Below are positions 47,301 to 56,619 of a stretch of DNA of 64,000 nucleotides, piece after piece. The notes under the pieces are model-generated. The model did not search any database. It had not been told where the DNA came from and saw nothing but the letters and a program-made list of their open reading frames with translations. A program made the position numbers and the translations under genes. The DNA lies in the NCBI GenBank assembly GCA_964344235.1, contig CAYFMJ010000001.1, positions 128,001 to 192,000 on the forward strand. Reading direction: 5' to 3'. How positions within the stretch are numbered: the first letter of the stretch is position 1; each line of letters opens with the position of its first letter. The stretch comes from an uncultured Methanosarcinales archaeon. Its GTDB lineage: Archaea; Nanobdellota; Nanobdellia; Woesearchaeales; GW2011-AR9.

Positions 47301-47990
47301 ATGGTTGAGACTTTCAAAGGAACGGTTATCGAGAAAAAGCAATTAACAGAAGATGTTATTTTGTTATCGTTAGAAGTGCCAGAAGGTTTTGAGTTTAAAG
47401 CAGGGCAGTTTGTTTCACTCGTTATGTTTAATGAAGCGGGAGAGAAGAAGTTGAAATCGTATTCTATTTTGAATTCTCCTTCGCAGAGAGGAAGATTGGA
47501 TTTATGCATTAAAATAATTGATGGAGGTTTTGCATCAGATATTTTTTGTGCGTGTGAAGTGGGGAAGGAGTTTGAAATTAAAGGGCCAATGGGGCATTTT
47601 GTATTTGAAGACGATGGCAATGGTGAGTATTGGTTTTTGGGTGCTGGAACTGGAGTAGCGCCGTTACATAGCATGATCTCAGAATTTGTGGGCAAGATGC
47701 CAGAGAAGAAATTTGTATTATTATTTGGTGTGCGTGAAAAGAAGTGTTTATTTCTGCATGAAGAGTTCTTGAAGTTAGCGGAAGAACATGATAATTTTGA
47801 ATACAAACCTGTGTTAAGCAGGGAAGAATGGGGCGGTTGTCAGGGGCATGTGCAGGATAATCTTCCGGAAGATCTAAAAAACAAAACTTTTTATATTTGT
47901 GGATTAAAGGAATTGGTGCTTGAGACAAAGGAGTTATTGGTGGAACGAGGTGTTAGTCCTTCTGATATCAAGTCTGAGCGATACAGTTAA
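47301..47990 (+). CDS. FAD/NAD(P)-binding ferredoxin reductase-like oxidoreductase
   Basis: FKAGQF, KSYSI, GFAS, GPMGHF, GAGTGVAP, YICG, final ERY. Confidence 0.88.
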   Translation: MVETFKGTVIEKKQLTEDVILLSLEVPEGFEFKAGQFVSLVMFNEAGEKKLKSYSILNSPSQRGRLDLCIKIIDGGFASDIFCACEVGKEFEIKGPMGHFVFEDDGNGEYWFLGAGTGVAPLHSMISEFVGKMPEKKFVLLFGVREKKCLFLHEEFLKLAEEHDNFEYKPVLSREEWGGCQGHVQDNLPEDLKNKTFYICGLKELVLETKELLVERGVSPSDIKSERYS

Positions 47991-48018
47991 GCCACGTCGT
48001 AAGGAGGTTTCCAGAAAA

Positions 48019-49503
48019 ATGAAATTATTGGTACAGTCAGGATTAGATACAAAGCAAGATATTTGCGTGTTAGGGGTGTTTGAAGGCGATTCTCTCAGTT
48101 CTATTAGTAAAACGTTAGCGAAAGACGTTGCGTTAGCTGTGAAGAGTAAACGATTTCGTCCTGAGTTTGGTCAGATGTATAGTACTAAAGTAAGTGGTAT
48201 GCCGTATGAGCGAGTGATTGTTGCTGGTTTAGGGAAGAAGAAGGAGATGACCCTTGAGCGGGCACGGCGTGTGTTAGGGAAGGCAGTGAAATCTACGAAA
48301 AGTATGAAATTATCTGGTTTAACCACTAATTTGCCAATGGTGTTAAGCGGAATGTTTGATGATATGCTGTTAGGAAGAGCGCTGGCGGAAGCTGCGTTGT
48401 TAGGGAATTATAAATTTACGAAATATTTTGCGCCAAAGCGGAAAGAGAAGTACAAATCTCTTACTGCAGTGAGTTTGCAGTGGAAGAAAAGTAAAGCCGG
48501 TTTTGGTAAGGGGTTGAAGCAAGGGAAAATTATTGCTGATGCGACGATGCTGGCAAGAGATTTAGTGAATGAGCCAGCAAATGTGATGAACTCTCATTTG
48601 ATGGAGAAAATGGCACGGCAAGTTGCTCGACATCCGAAGGTTAAATTGAAAGTGCTGGGTAAGGCTCAATTGGAAAAGCTAGGGATGCATTCAATGTTGG
48701 GAGTCAATTTAGGAAGTGCGAATCCTCCCAAGTTGATTATTTTGGAGTATAACGGTGGGAGTGGTAAACCAGTAGCGTTTCTCGGGAAAGGAATAACGTT
48801 TGATTCTGGTGGATATAACATTAAGCCATCTGGGTATATGGAAGATATGAAAACGGACATGGGTGGTTCTGCTGCGGTTTTAGGAACGATAAAAGCTGCG
48901 TCTGAGTTAGGTGTCAAGAAAAATCTTATTGGCGTAATGGGGATGTGTGAAAACATGGTTAGTGCTGATGCGCAAAGACCGGGAGATATTGTGAAAGCGT
49001 ATAATGGTAAGACAATTGAAATTGGTAACACTGATGCAGAAGGAAGATTAGTGTTAGCGGATGCTCTTGCGTATACTGAGAAGAAGTACAAACCGGCAGT
49101 GATGGTTGATCTTGCAACTCTTACGGGAGCATGTGTTGTTGCACTTGGTTTACATACAGCTGCTGTAATGGGAAGACATGATGATTTGAATGAGGAGTTA
49201 AAGGAAGCAGGATTGGTGAGTGGGGATAAGGTGTGGCCTTTGCCGTTCTTTGAAGATTACCAAGATGCGATGGATGGTAGTATTAGCGACTTGAATAATA
49301 TTTGTACTAAAGGTCGTCGTTATGGTGCTGGTTCGATAACTGCGGGAGTGTTCTTGTCGAAGTTCGTTACTGAGAAGACTCGGTGGGCACATTTAGATAT
49401 TGCTGGTTCAGCGTATTGGGATGTAATTGAAGGTGATTACACCCCGAAAGGTGGGACTGGTTCAGGAGTTAGAGTGTTGAGTTATTGGCTTCTTGGAAAG
49501 TAA
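48019..49503 (+). CDS. pepA: Leucyl aminopeptidase (M17)
   Basis: Start moved to ATG 48019 after AAGGAGGT; GKGITFDSGG..IK, MKTDMGG, NTDAEGRL, DLATLTG, WAHLDIAG. Confidence 0.95.
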   Translation: MKLLVQSGLDTKQDICVLGVFEGDSLSSISKTLAKDVALAVKSKRFRPEFGQMYSTKVSGMPYERVIVAGLGKKKEMTLERARRVLGKAVKSTKSMKLSGLTTNLPMVLSGMFDDMLLGRALAEAALLGNYKFTKYFAPKRKEKYKSLTAVSLQWKKSKAGFGKGLKQGKIIADATMLARDLVNEPANVMNSHLMEKMARQVARHPKVKLKVLGKAQLEKLGMHSMLGVNLGSANPPKLIILEYNGGSGKPVAFLGKGITFDSGGYNIKPSGYMEDMKTDMGGSAAVLGTIKAASELGVKKNLIGVMGMCENMVSADAQRPGDIVKAYNGKTIEIGNTDAEGRLVLADALAYTEKKYKPAVMVDLATLTGACVVALGLHTAAVMGRHDDLNEELKEAGLVSGDKVWPLPFFEDYQDAMDGSISDLNNICTKGRRYGAGSITAGVFLSKFVTEKTRWAHLDIAGSAYWDVIEGDYTPKGGTGSGVRVLSYWLLGK

Positions 49504-49545
49504 AGGATAGACAACTTTTTAAAGAAGCATTTCTCTGGGGAAAAT

Positions 49546-50466
49546 ATGGAAGATGTAATTATTCTTGGAACTGGTATTGCGGGATGTACTGCGGCGATTT
49601 ATGCAGCACGGGCTAACTTGAAACCGTTATTAATTTCCGGTATGGAAGATGGTGGGCAATTGATGTTAACGACGGATGTTGAGAACTTCCCTGGTTTCCC
49701 AGAAGGTGTGCAGGGACCTGAGTTAGTTGAGAGATGTAAGAAGCAGGCAGAACGATTTGGTGCACGGTTTAAGACAGATATCGTTACTACAGTTGCTTCA
49801 GTCGAGGGAGGATTTGAGTTATCGTTAATGAGCGAGGAGAAAGTGCAATGTAAAACGCTGATTGTTGCTACAGGTGCATCGGCTCGATGGTTGGGTTTTG
49901 AGAGTGAGAAGAAGTATAAGGGAAGGGGTGTTACAACGTGTGCGACGTGTGATGGTGCGTTCTTTAAAGATAAAGAAGTTATTGTTGTCGGAGGAGGAGA
50001 TAGTGCAATGGAAGAAGCGTTATTTCTCACGAAATTTGCGACGAAAGTTACGGTCATTCATCGACGTGAGGAGTTGAGAGCATCTAAGGTCATGCAGGAT
50101 AAAGCGAAGAAGCATGAGAAAATTTCGTTTATCTGGAATTCTGAAGTGAAAGAGATTCTCGGTGATGAGAAGAGAGTAACAGGAGTGAAGTTATTGAATA
50201 ATAAAACGCAGGAAGAAAGTGAGTTTACGTGTGACGGCGTGTTCTTAGCGATTGGACATATCCCTAATACAAAGTTTTTAACTGGATTTTTGGATTTGGA
50301 TGATCATGGTTATTTAGTTGCGTCGAAGGAGATGCATACGTCTGTCGAGGGGATCTTTGCGGCAGGTGATGTGCAAGATACTCGATTTAGACAAGCGATT
50401 ACTGCTGCTGGAAGTGGATGTATGGCAGCAATGGAAGCTGAGAAGTATTTAGCTGAGAGAGAATAA
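49546..50466 (+). CDS. trxB: Thioredoxin reductase
   Basis: G.G.AG..AA.Y, CATCDG, GGGDSA.EEA, AAGDV...RQAITAAGSG. Confidence 0.96.
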   Translation: MEDVIILGTGIAGCTAAIYAARANLKPLLISGMEDGGQLMLTTDVENFPGFPEGVQGPELVERCKKQAERFGARFKTDIVTTVASVEGGFELSLMSEEKVQCKTLIVATGASARWLGFESEKKYKGRGVTTCATCDGAFFKDKEVIVVGGGDSAMEEALFLTKFATKVTVIHRREELRASKVMQDKAKKHEKISFIWNSEVKEILGDEKRVTGVKLLNNKTQEESEFTCDGVFLAIGHIPNTKFLTGFLDLDDHGYLVASKEMHTSVEGIFAAGDVQDTRFRQAITAAGSGCMAAMEAEKYLAERE

Positions 50467-50468
50467 TT

Positions 50469-51650
50469 CTAGAACAATTTAACCAGTAACGGGAAAAATA
50501 AGTTTAGTAATAAAATTAGTAAAACGAATAAACTGACTTTTCTATATGTCGTTTCTCCTTTCTTTGAACCACGTAACTTGTGTAAAAAGACTTGTGCCAT
50601 TCTCCCTCCGTCAACAATTGGTAGTGGAAGGAGGTTGAATAGTCCAATACCTAAACTTAGAAGGAATAGCCACCGTAGGAAACCGTTGAACCAATCGAGT
50701 GAGTAGTAAATTGGATTCCAGATACCTTCTTGATATTGTGACTTCACTTCGAATTTGTTGTGGATGTTTTGAATCCCTAAAAATGGTTTCTTTGCGTTAT
50801 CTGGATTAGCTGCTAATGTTAAAGAAGTCGTTCCTTCAGGAGTTCCGATATCTATGACCTCTCCTGGCTTGAATGTTTGTAATTCATCATTAAATTCTTG
50901 GAAGCTGATTATTGGGACGCCGTTAATGGAATTGATAAGTGTTCCTGGTGCGATGTCTGCTTCAGCAAATGGTAGATTCTCATCAACATACGAATCAAAT
51001 GTAAATCCAGTTGGATCCACCATTGTTTGCTGTAATGGCATGAATGCGAAGTTGAGTAGGAGAAGGGCGATAAGTGCTAGTATAACGTTAGAGAATGCTC
51101 CTGCAGCGAGAACAGAGTATTGTTTGATATCACTTTGTTTGCGCAATTGCTTTTCGTGTGGCTCTACAAATGCTCCGATGATTGGACCGAAGAACACAAT
51201 CCCTGTGTTTTTCACTTTAACATTATGTGCTCTTGCGACAATTCCATGAGAGAACTCATGCACTACGGCAATAATGAAGATAGCAATTAACCAGTACCAG
51301 AATGGTAGAACACCTAACCCTGGAACGTTGATACCAGGAAGTACTAATGACACTCCAGAAACTGCTTCGGGGGAGATAATTAAATCGACGAGGTTTTTGA
51401 TTAAGACGTAGGAGATAAATGCTAAACCAATAAAGCCAATTCCTGCACCAATGTAACCAAGAAGAATTACCCATTCCCTATATCGGGTGGAGAACTTATC
51501 CATCCACTTTAGACCCAACTTCATCCGGTAGAGGAAAATGATTTTCGCTTGCACTTCAATCTTTTTTCTTTTAACAAATAGGAAAATGATTGCTACAACG
51601 TAGAACAGAATAACCCACTTGAAACGAATGATGAAGTCGAGAATTTCCAT
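50469..51650 (-). CDS. Site-2 protease (M50) with PDZ-like insert
   Basis: HEFSH, GAFVEP, AGAFSN, NLLPLPIVDGG. Confidence 0.92.
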   Translation of the reverse strand: MEILDFIIRFKWVILFYVVAIIFLFVKRKKIEVQAKIIFLYRMKLGLKWMDKFSTRYREWVILLGYIGAGIGFIGLAFISYVLIKNLVDLIISPEAVSGVSLVLPGINVPGLGVLPFWYWLIAIFIIAVVHEFSHGIVARAHNVKVKNTGIVFFGPIIGAFVEPHEKQLRKQSDIKQYSVLAAGAFSNVILALIALLLLNFAFMPLQQTMVDPTGFTFDSYVDENLPFAEADIAPGTLINSINGVPIISFQEFNDELQTFKPGEVIDIGTPEGTTSLTLAANPDNAKKPFLGIQNIHNKFEVKSQYQEGIWNPIYYSLDWFNGFLRWLFLLSLGIGLFNLLPLPIVDGGRMAQVFLHKLRGSKKGETTYRKVSLFVLLILLLNLFFPLLVKLF

Positions 51651-51707
51651 GGTAAGAAGAACTTTCTAGCGGTTTTTAATTGTTTCCAAAAAATAAACAA
51701 AAAATCT

Positions 51708-51875
51708 CTATTTCTTTCGCTTTGGTCGGAGACTCTTGGTTCCCTGCTTGCCTCGTCCGCGGATCTTTCCTTGGGAAACTTTAAGCGGGTTTGCTCTAAT
51801 TTTCCGTTTGGTTTTCCGATCTACGAAAATGTTTTTCAGTAAGCGTGCTTCTGCTTCTTTGAATTTGGTTGCCAT
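51708..51875 (-). CDS. rpl40e: Ribosomal protein L40e, cysteine-free variant
   Basis: Not in ORF track. MATKFKEAEARLLKNIFVDRKTKRKIRANPLKVSQGKIRGRGKQGTKSLRPKRKK: F.EAEAR N-terminus and LRPK C-terminus of archaeal L40e; directly downstream of aIF5A. Confidence 0.78.
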   Translation of the reverse strand: MATKFKEAEARLLKNIFVDRKTKRKIRANPLKVSQGKIRGRGKQGTKSLRPKRKK

Positions 51876-51876
51876 G

Positions 51877-52269
51877 TTATTTTACCTGTCTAATTACGCG
51901 TGTTCCCACAAGTGTCCAGTATAATACTTCTGAACCTTCGTGGATTTGATCTTTGAATTCTGCCGGGATATCGATGTCAAATGTTTCATACGATTCCATG
52001 TCCATGACATTTGCTGTGTTGCCAGCAACGGAAAGGACTTGCGCAGTTTTCTTTTCAATGATTGGAACTTCAACTTTATCATGACCCGGCATGACTAATT
52101 GTCGTTTTTTACCATCAAGCATGCCCACAGCCATTAAGTTTACCTTCGCATGGCCGTGTTTTCCCGGTCGGGACGTACTCATGTCTGAGATTTTACAGGG
52201 AGCGTTATCGATGATGATTGTGTCTCCTTTCTTTAAACTTCCAATACTTACTAGTTTTCGTTCGTCCAT
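51877..52269 (-). CDS. eif5a: Translation factor aIF5A
   Basis: Hypusine motif SRPGKHGHAK. Confidence 0.96.
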   Translation of the reverse strand: MDERKLVSIGSLKKGDTIIIDNAPCKISDMSTSRPGKHGHAKVNLMAVGMLDGKKRQLVMPGHDKVEVPIIEKKTAQVLSVAGNTANVMDMESYETFDIDIPAEFKDQIHEGSEVLYWTLVGTRVIRQVK

Positions 52270-52289
52270 TTCAAAACCACCTATGATTA

Positions 52290-52499
52290 TTATTTGACAG
52301 CTAAGCGGATATCTTTTTCCGTCACTGTTTTCCTGCCAGCATGTTCAGCAAAGCGTTTCGCTTCAGCGGAAATTTCAAGAGCTTTCTTCTCAAGTTCTTC
52401 CGCCAATGCAGCTTTTGCATCGTCACTTACTCGCAGAGCACCCGCATCGCGCATGATTTTGTCCATTGCGTTATGGGATAAAAACCTCTTTTTCACCAT
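52290..52499 (-). CDS. Archaeal histone
   Basis: Histone fold: AGA.RVS.DA...L...LE......A..FA.HAGRKTV...DI.LA. Confidence 0.95.
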   Translation of the reverse strand: MVKKRFLSHNAMDKIMRDAGALRVSDDAKAALAEELEKKALEISAEAKRFAEHAGRKTVTEKDIRLAVK

Positions 52500-52540
52500 T
52501 TAGAGCTAATATTGGGGGTTGTTTTTAAATGTTCCGTTGT

Positions 52541-53206
52541 TTAGAAGAAGTGATCCCAAAAGCCACGTGGCTTCTTTTTTTGTCTAATGATTTGAGAAAT
52601 CTGTTTTTCAATTAACTGGTGATTGGGATATCGCCGCTCATCTTGTCGGAATTCTCGTGAATGATAGGAACTTCGGCCGTTTTTTTGCTTAAATTTATGG
52701 TGTTTATGCAGCATTTCATGGTATATAATGTAATCAAGTACTTCCTGTGGGGCATCTTGAAAGATAGAGGAAACGAGAATGGTATCGTTGTGAAAGTTGT
52801 AATGAGCCAATTTTCTAAAAGCGGCTTTTCCCCATTCTAAATTGGGTTTTTCTAACTGGTTATCGAGGAATTGCTCGTTCATACGATTGAATGAGGCTTC
52901 TAATACTGGATGAGTTTTAGTTTTTGGAGTTAAAATAGGAATGTTTTTGATGAAATTGTTGTATAATTCAATGTTTTGTGTATGGCGTTTTGATTTGAAC
53001 AGACGTGTTAGGAGGTGTTGGATCAAGCCAATCTTAATTTCTTCATCAATGTCCTTCCATTGGAGGTTAAGGTTAACTTGAATGGTGTGATTTCTCAAAG
53101 AAATGTTGGCGTTAAATGGCCCTAACCGTCTGTTGTATTCTAATTTTGTTTGGTAGGTAGAAGGTTTTTGGAAGAGTTGCTCATAAGATTTGGTGATGAG
53201 GGGCAT
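52541..53206 (-). CDS. SprT/YgjP-like zinc metallopeptidase
   Basis: VLDYIIYHEMLH...YHSREF motif. Confidence 0.8.
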   Translation of the reverse strand: MPLITKSYEQLFQKPSTYQTKLEYNRRLGPFNANISLRNHTIQVNLNLQWKDIDEEIKIGLIQHLLTRLFKSKRHTQNIELYNNFIKNIPILTPKTKTHPVLEASFNRMNEQFLDNQLEKPNLEWGKAAFRKLAHYNFHNDTILVSSIFQDAPQEVLDYIIYHEMLHKHHKFKQKNGRSSYHSREFRQDERRYPNHQLIEKQISQIIRQKKKPRGFWDHFF

Positions 53207-54306
53207 TATTCTACTTCATACCTCAGAATAGCAGCAATCTTTCCTAAATCACGCAGTTGAACTCCTTCCCGTGTTTCTGTAGAAATAATCTTAACAGTTG
53301 CTCCACTTTCTTCTGCTTTCTCTTCTAATTCAAAGATGATATCTTCATCCAATTCTTCTGATAAGAGAAGTGTATCGACAGCGGCCATGTCAAGCGCTTT
53401 CCGTGTTTCAGCATCTCCGTATGTTACTTTCTTTGGAGTGTCGCGGAAGGTGTTGAAGAATTTGTTCATCATTTGTTTTTCCTGGGCAATCTCTTCTTCT
53501 GCGAGTAAATCGGAAGATTTGTCAAGCAGTTCTTGTAAACCAAATTCTCCAGTATAAGAGAGGTCTTTTGTCCCAATAATTTTTTTCTTTAGATCTCCCG
53601 TAAGGTATTCTTTATTCATGAAGTCTCCTACAGTCGTTCCGGGACCGCCAATGATGATACCTTTCAAATGGTTGCCTAAATGGAGAAATTGTTCTTTCAT
53701 ATGTTCAGCGATTTTTTTGAAGTGTTCTTTATACGCTCCCTCTCGTTGTCTGGCGAACCTCTGAGCGGATTGACCTCCCGCTTTGAATTTTCCAGGGACT
53801 TCGGAGTGAGTTTTCTTTAGTGGAATGATTGTTTTTCCCTTGAGTAGGGCGATGTTTGCGTCACGTCTGTCAAGAACGACTAAACCGTATGCGTCGTGTT
53901 CGACAAGCATTTCTTCCAGGGCATCTGTGACGAAGATTTTGTCACACCGATAAATACGTTGGTTTAAGGCGATAGGTGGTTCAATGCTCCAGACGCGCAT
54001 GTCTTGCTTTCCTTCTGCTGCTGCAACGTTTCCTGCGAATGCGATAAGACCGTGAGGTGGTGTTTTGCCGACAGTACGGAGATGTTGAATCATTTTTTCT
54101 AATGCTCCTTGTACATTTTTCCTCGTAACAGCTGATTTGATGTTTGATGCAGTTCCTTGTTCCTCAGCTAAGTGTTGGATAATCTTTGTGAGGTCATATC
54201 CTGCTGGAACATAGACTGTTACAAACTCTGTGTGAGGCGCTCTGTGGCTCTTCACGTCCTTAAGCATTTTCTTCATTTGAAGTTTCTGCTGTGCTGTTAA
54301 TGCCAT
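53206..54306 (-). CDS. prf1: Peptide chain release factor aRF1
   Basis: TASNIKS, YRCD, KAGGQSAQRF.R.RE. Confidence 0.96.
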   Translation of the reverse strand: MALTAQQKLQMKKMLKDVKSHRAPHTEFVTVYVPAGYDLTKIIQHLAEEQGTASNIKSAVTRKNVQGALEKMIQHLRTVGKTPPHGLIAFAGNVAAAEGKQDMRVWSIEPPIALNQRIYRCDKIFVTDALEEMLVEHDAYGLVVLDRRDANIALLKGKTIIPLKKTHSEVPGKFKAGGQSAQRFARQREGAYKEHFKKIAEHMKEQFLHLGNHLKGIIIGGPGTTVGDFMNKEYLTGDLKKKIIGTKDLSYTGEFGLQELLDKSSDLLAEEEIAQEKQMMNKFFNTFRDTPKKVTYGDAETRKALDMAAVDTLLLSEELDEDIIFELEEKAEESGATVKIISTETREGVQLRDLGKIAAILRYEVE

Positions 54307-54377
54307 ACGAATCCGTTGTTGGGGGTGTTTTAAAAGGTTTGTGTTGATACAGAATGAAATAAAGAAAAATAAAAAAC

Positions 54378-54827
54378 TTACATGAAGCTGTTAACCATGT
54401 CTAGAAGTTTCTGATGGTTTTCCTGGTCTTGCATGATCTTACTTCGTGCGTCAGCTAAATTCCCTAGTAAGCCATCTGTATCGGACATGATATTGTACTT
54501 TTGTAGGTCAGCAGCATTTTCCGTTGTGAAGGCTTCAAATGCTTCTAGATCAGCAATGAATTGATCGAGATCAGCGATGTAGACTTCAAGTTCTGCTGCC
54601 AGTGCTGTAAGTGTTTCATCAGAAATTTCATCTTCTTCCTCAAATGTTTGTTTGAGTGTTGCTAGTTCTGTGTAATCGTTCTCAATCGCGTTATCCCATG
54701 CTTGGAATGTTTGGTGGTGGTTGTTAAATGCTGCTTGTAGTTCTGGGTTTGTTTCAGTGCTACCACAGCCAGCTACAATGAGACTTAAAGCAATTGTTAC
54801 AATTATTACAATGTGTGTTCTGTTCAT
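54378..54827 (-). CDS. Predicted lipoprotein, acidic helical
   Basis: Lipobox-like IVAGC after a hydrophobic stretch; helical D/E-rich body. Confidence 0.75.
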   Translation of the reverse strand: MNRTHIVIIVTIALSLIVAGCGSTETNPELQAAFNNHHQTFQAWDNAIENDYTELATLKQTFEEEDEISDETLTALAAELEVYIADLDQFIADLEAFEAFTTENAADLQKYNIMSDTDGLLGNLADARSKIMQDQENHQKLLDMVNSFM

Positions 54828-54838
54828 GTATATTCCTC

Positions 54839-55876
54839 CTATTGTGTATCTATCGCAGTTTTTGTTGCGATGCGATCGTCAAGTTCGTCTTGTGAAATGG
54901 TAATGAGTTTTTCCATGTCGGCAGCGTAGCCATCAATCTCAGTTGCGCCAAGCTGTTTAATTTCTGCGTTATTTTGGTCAATGAATGATTTGAATTCTTG
55001 TAAATGGTCGATGTAACCTTCAAGGTCGTTGATTCTTGTGTCAAGAAGTTGTTTGAATAATTCTGCGTCTTCGTTTGCAGGATCTTCATTTACTTTGTTG
55101 ATATAATCTGCAAGATCGTTGAGACTTGATTTAACTATGTCTGCCCATTCGTCGGACTGTTCTAGGTAATTCGTGTACGTATCTTGGATGTCTGCGAGTT
55201 CTTCGTTAGAATATTGGTCATCAGCGTCTGTGGGTAGGGAAGGTGGTGTGCCTGAAGCAACCGGCTGTTGCGGTTCTGTTGAGAATTGGCAGTCGTCTTT
55301 TACTTTCACTGCTAACCCTAGGCCTTTGATGTCATCCGCAATACTGTCTTCGTTATTAATGATGTCGCCTTCCCAACCAAGTTGTTGCCATGTTTGATCG
55401 TAAGGGTTCCAGACAAATGTTTTGAGGACATCACAGGTTCCCTCGTTTAATCTCCCCTGAGAGAATTCAGGAAGCGTTGTAATAAGATTCCACCCTTGTG
55501 AGAGTTTAATTATGTCTGGGATAGCCATGGTGTAGGAAACTTTTGCACCTGTTGACTTTCTAAGGTATACCCAGGAAGGAGAAATGTGTACGTAATCTGT
55601 TGCTGAGATTGAAGAGTCGTCTGTTAATTCTTTGTAGCTGTTCTTGTTAGACTCATAGAGGTATCGTGTTTTACCCCAATATTTCGGTGTGTTGTGAATA
55701 CTCTTACTGTAATCGTCAATGTCTTCTTCGTTTATTGCAATATGCGGAAGTGCATGTTCAGGAAGGAGGTTCCATCCTCGTTGAATATCCATGGTGAATG
55801 TTGTTGTTTCCGCCAATGCAGTTGTTGTGAGAAAAATTGTTGCAAGAAGTAGGGAAGTAAATAATTTTGAATTCAT
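54839..55876 (-). CDS. Secreted protein: beta-rich N-domain (repeated GWNL) plus helical C-domain
   Basis: Signal peptide ending ALA|ET; two GWNL motifs; Pro-rich linker; helical tail similar to the 149-aa lipoprotein. Confidence 0.75.
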   Translation of the reverse strand: MNSKLFTSLLLATIFLTTTALAETTTFTMDIQRGWNLLPEHALPHIAINEEDIDDYSKSIHNTPKYWGKTRYLYESNKNSYKELTDDSSISATDYVHISPSWVYLRKSTGAKVSYTMAIPDIIKLSQGWNLITTLPEFSQGRLNEGTCDVLKTFVWNPYDQTWQQLGWEGDIINNEDSIADDIKGLGLAVKVKDDCQFSTEPQQPVASGTPPSLPTDADDQYSNEELADIQDTYTNYLEQSDEWADIVKSSLNDLADYINKVNEDPANEDAELFKQLLDTRINDLEGYIDHLQEFKSFIDQNNAEIKQLGATEIDGYAADMEKLITISQDELDDRIATKTAIDTQ

Positions 55877-55878
55877 GG

Positions 55879-56073
55879 CTAGTCCTCCGGTAACGGTGGC
55901 GGCGCGCTTGGTTCAGGAAGAAGGTCGGAATCATCGCTGCTTTCTCCGTACTCTGTGTTAGAGTTGTCAGATGTTGCGGGTTGATCAGTTGTGATGTCAC
56001 CGCAACCTGTAATAAATGTCAAGAGAACCAGTGCAAGTATTGTAACTGTTGCAATTTTGTGTACCATGGGCAC
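55879..56073 (-). CDS. Small predicted lipoprotein (64 aa)
   Basis: Lipobox-like ITGC, then a disordered acidic region ending in a Pro-rich motif (EPSAPPPLPED). Confidence 0.6.
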   Translation of the reverse strand: MPMVHKIATVTILALVLLTFITGCGDITTDQPATSDNSNTEYGESSDDSDLLPEPSAPPPLPED

Positions 56074-56109
56074 AGGCGATAGAACACGAAGGAGTATAAA
56101 AAGGTTGTG

Positions 56110-56589
56110 TTACAACACTTTCTGTATTTTGGAAAGAAATCCCTTTTGTGTAATGCGTTTTGCAGTGTCAAATGTGATTGTGTTTTTGTGTTTCTGTTGT
56201 GCTTCCAGTAAGCAGACTTGAAAGATTTCTGCATCGAGATTCTCTCGTATCTTCTTTTTTGAGTATTTACGTTCTTTAAGCCTTTTTTCTAGTTTTTTAA
56301 GATTAGAGCAAGTGAGGATAACGCAAAGATTAACAAGTTTTTTAGGTAGTAAATGGGAGATGTGTGAGTCAAGAACGATGTGTTTGTGTCGCTTTTGGGT
56401 TTTCTTGAGGAGAGCTTCTACTTTTTTCATATCAAGATCGTAGCATTGTTTTTTTCTGTTGTAATGTGTTGAGAGTTGTTTATAATGTGGGTGAAGATCT
56501 AAATGGAAGGATTGTAGTTTTTTTTCTATTAATTTTGCGAGTGTTGTTTTTCCAGTTCCGGGAGTGCCAGTAATAATGATTGTGGCCAT
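56110..56589 (-). CDS. Adenylate kinase 6 / Fap7-like P-loop kinase
   Basis: IITGTPGTGKTT, hhhDSH motif, L..RL.ERKYS..KI.EN..AE. Confidence 0.88.
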   Translation of the reverse strand: MATIIITGTPGTGKTTLAKLIEKKLQSFHLDLHPHYKQLSTHYNRKKQCYDLDMKKVEALLKKTQKRHKHIVLDSHISHLLPKKLVNLCVILTCSNLKKLEKRLKERKYSKKKIRENLDAEIFQVCLLEAQQKHKNTITFDTAKRITQKGFLSKIQKVL

Positions 56590-56619
56590 AGTTGGGAAAT
56601 AGAAAAGAGAATTATAAAC

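Noticed and set aside
47920-48018. Apparent N-terminal extensions on PepA and on ORFs 10953, 46488, 46687, 33736, 31914 and 30746
   Set aside because: Artefacts of longest-ORF calling. Downstream starts with an SD, TATA spacing or stop-start overlap fit better.
53206-54306. aRF1 shorter than typical (366 aa)
   Set aside because: All catalytic motifs are present; loss of the C-domain mini-insert is ordinary variation.
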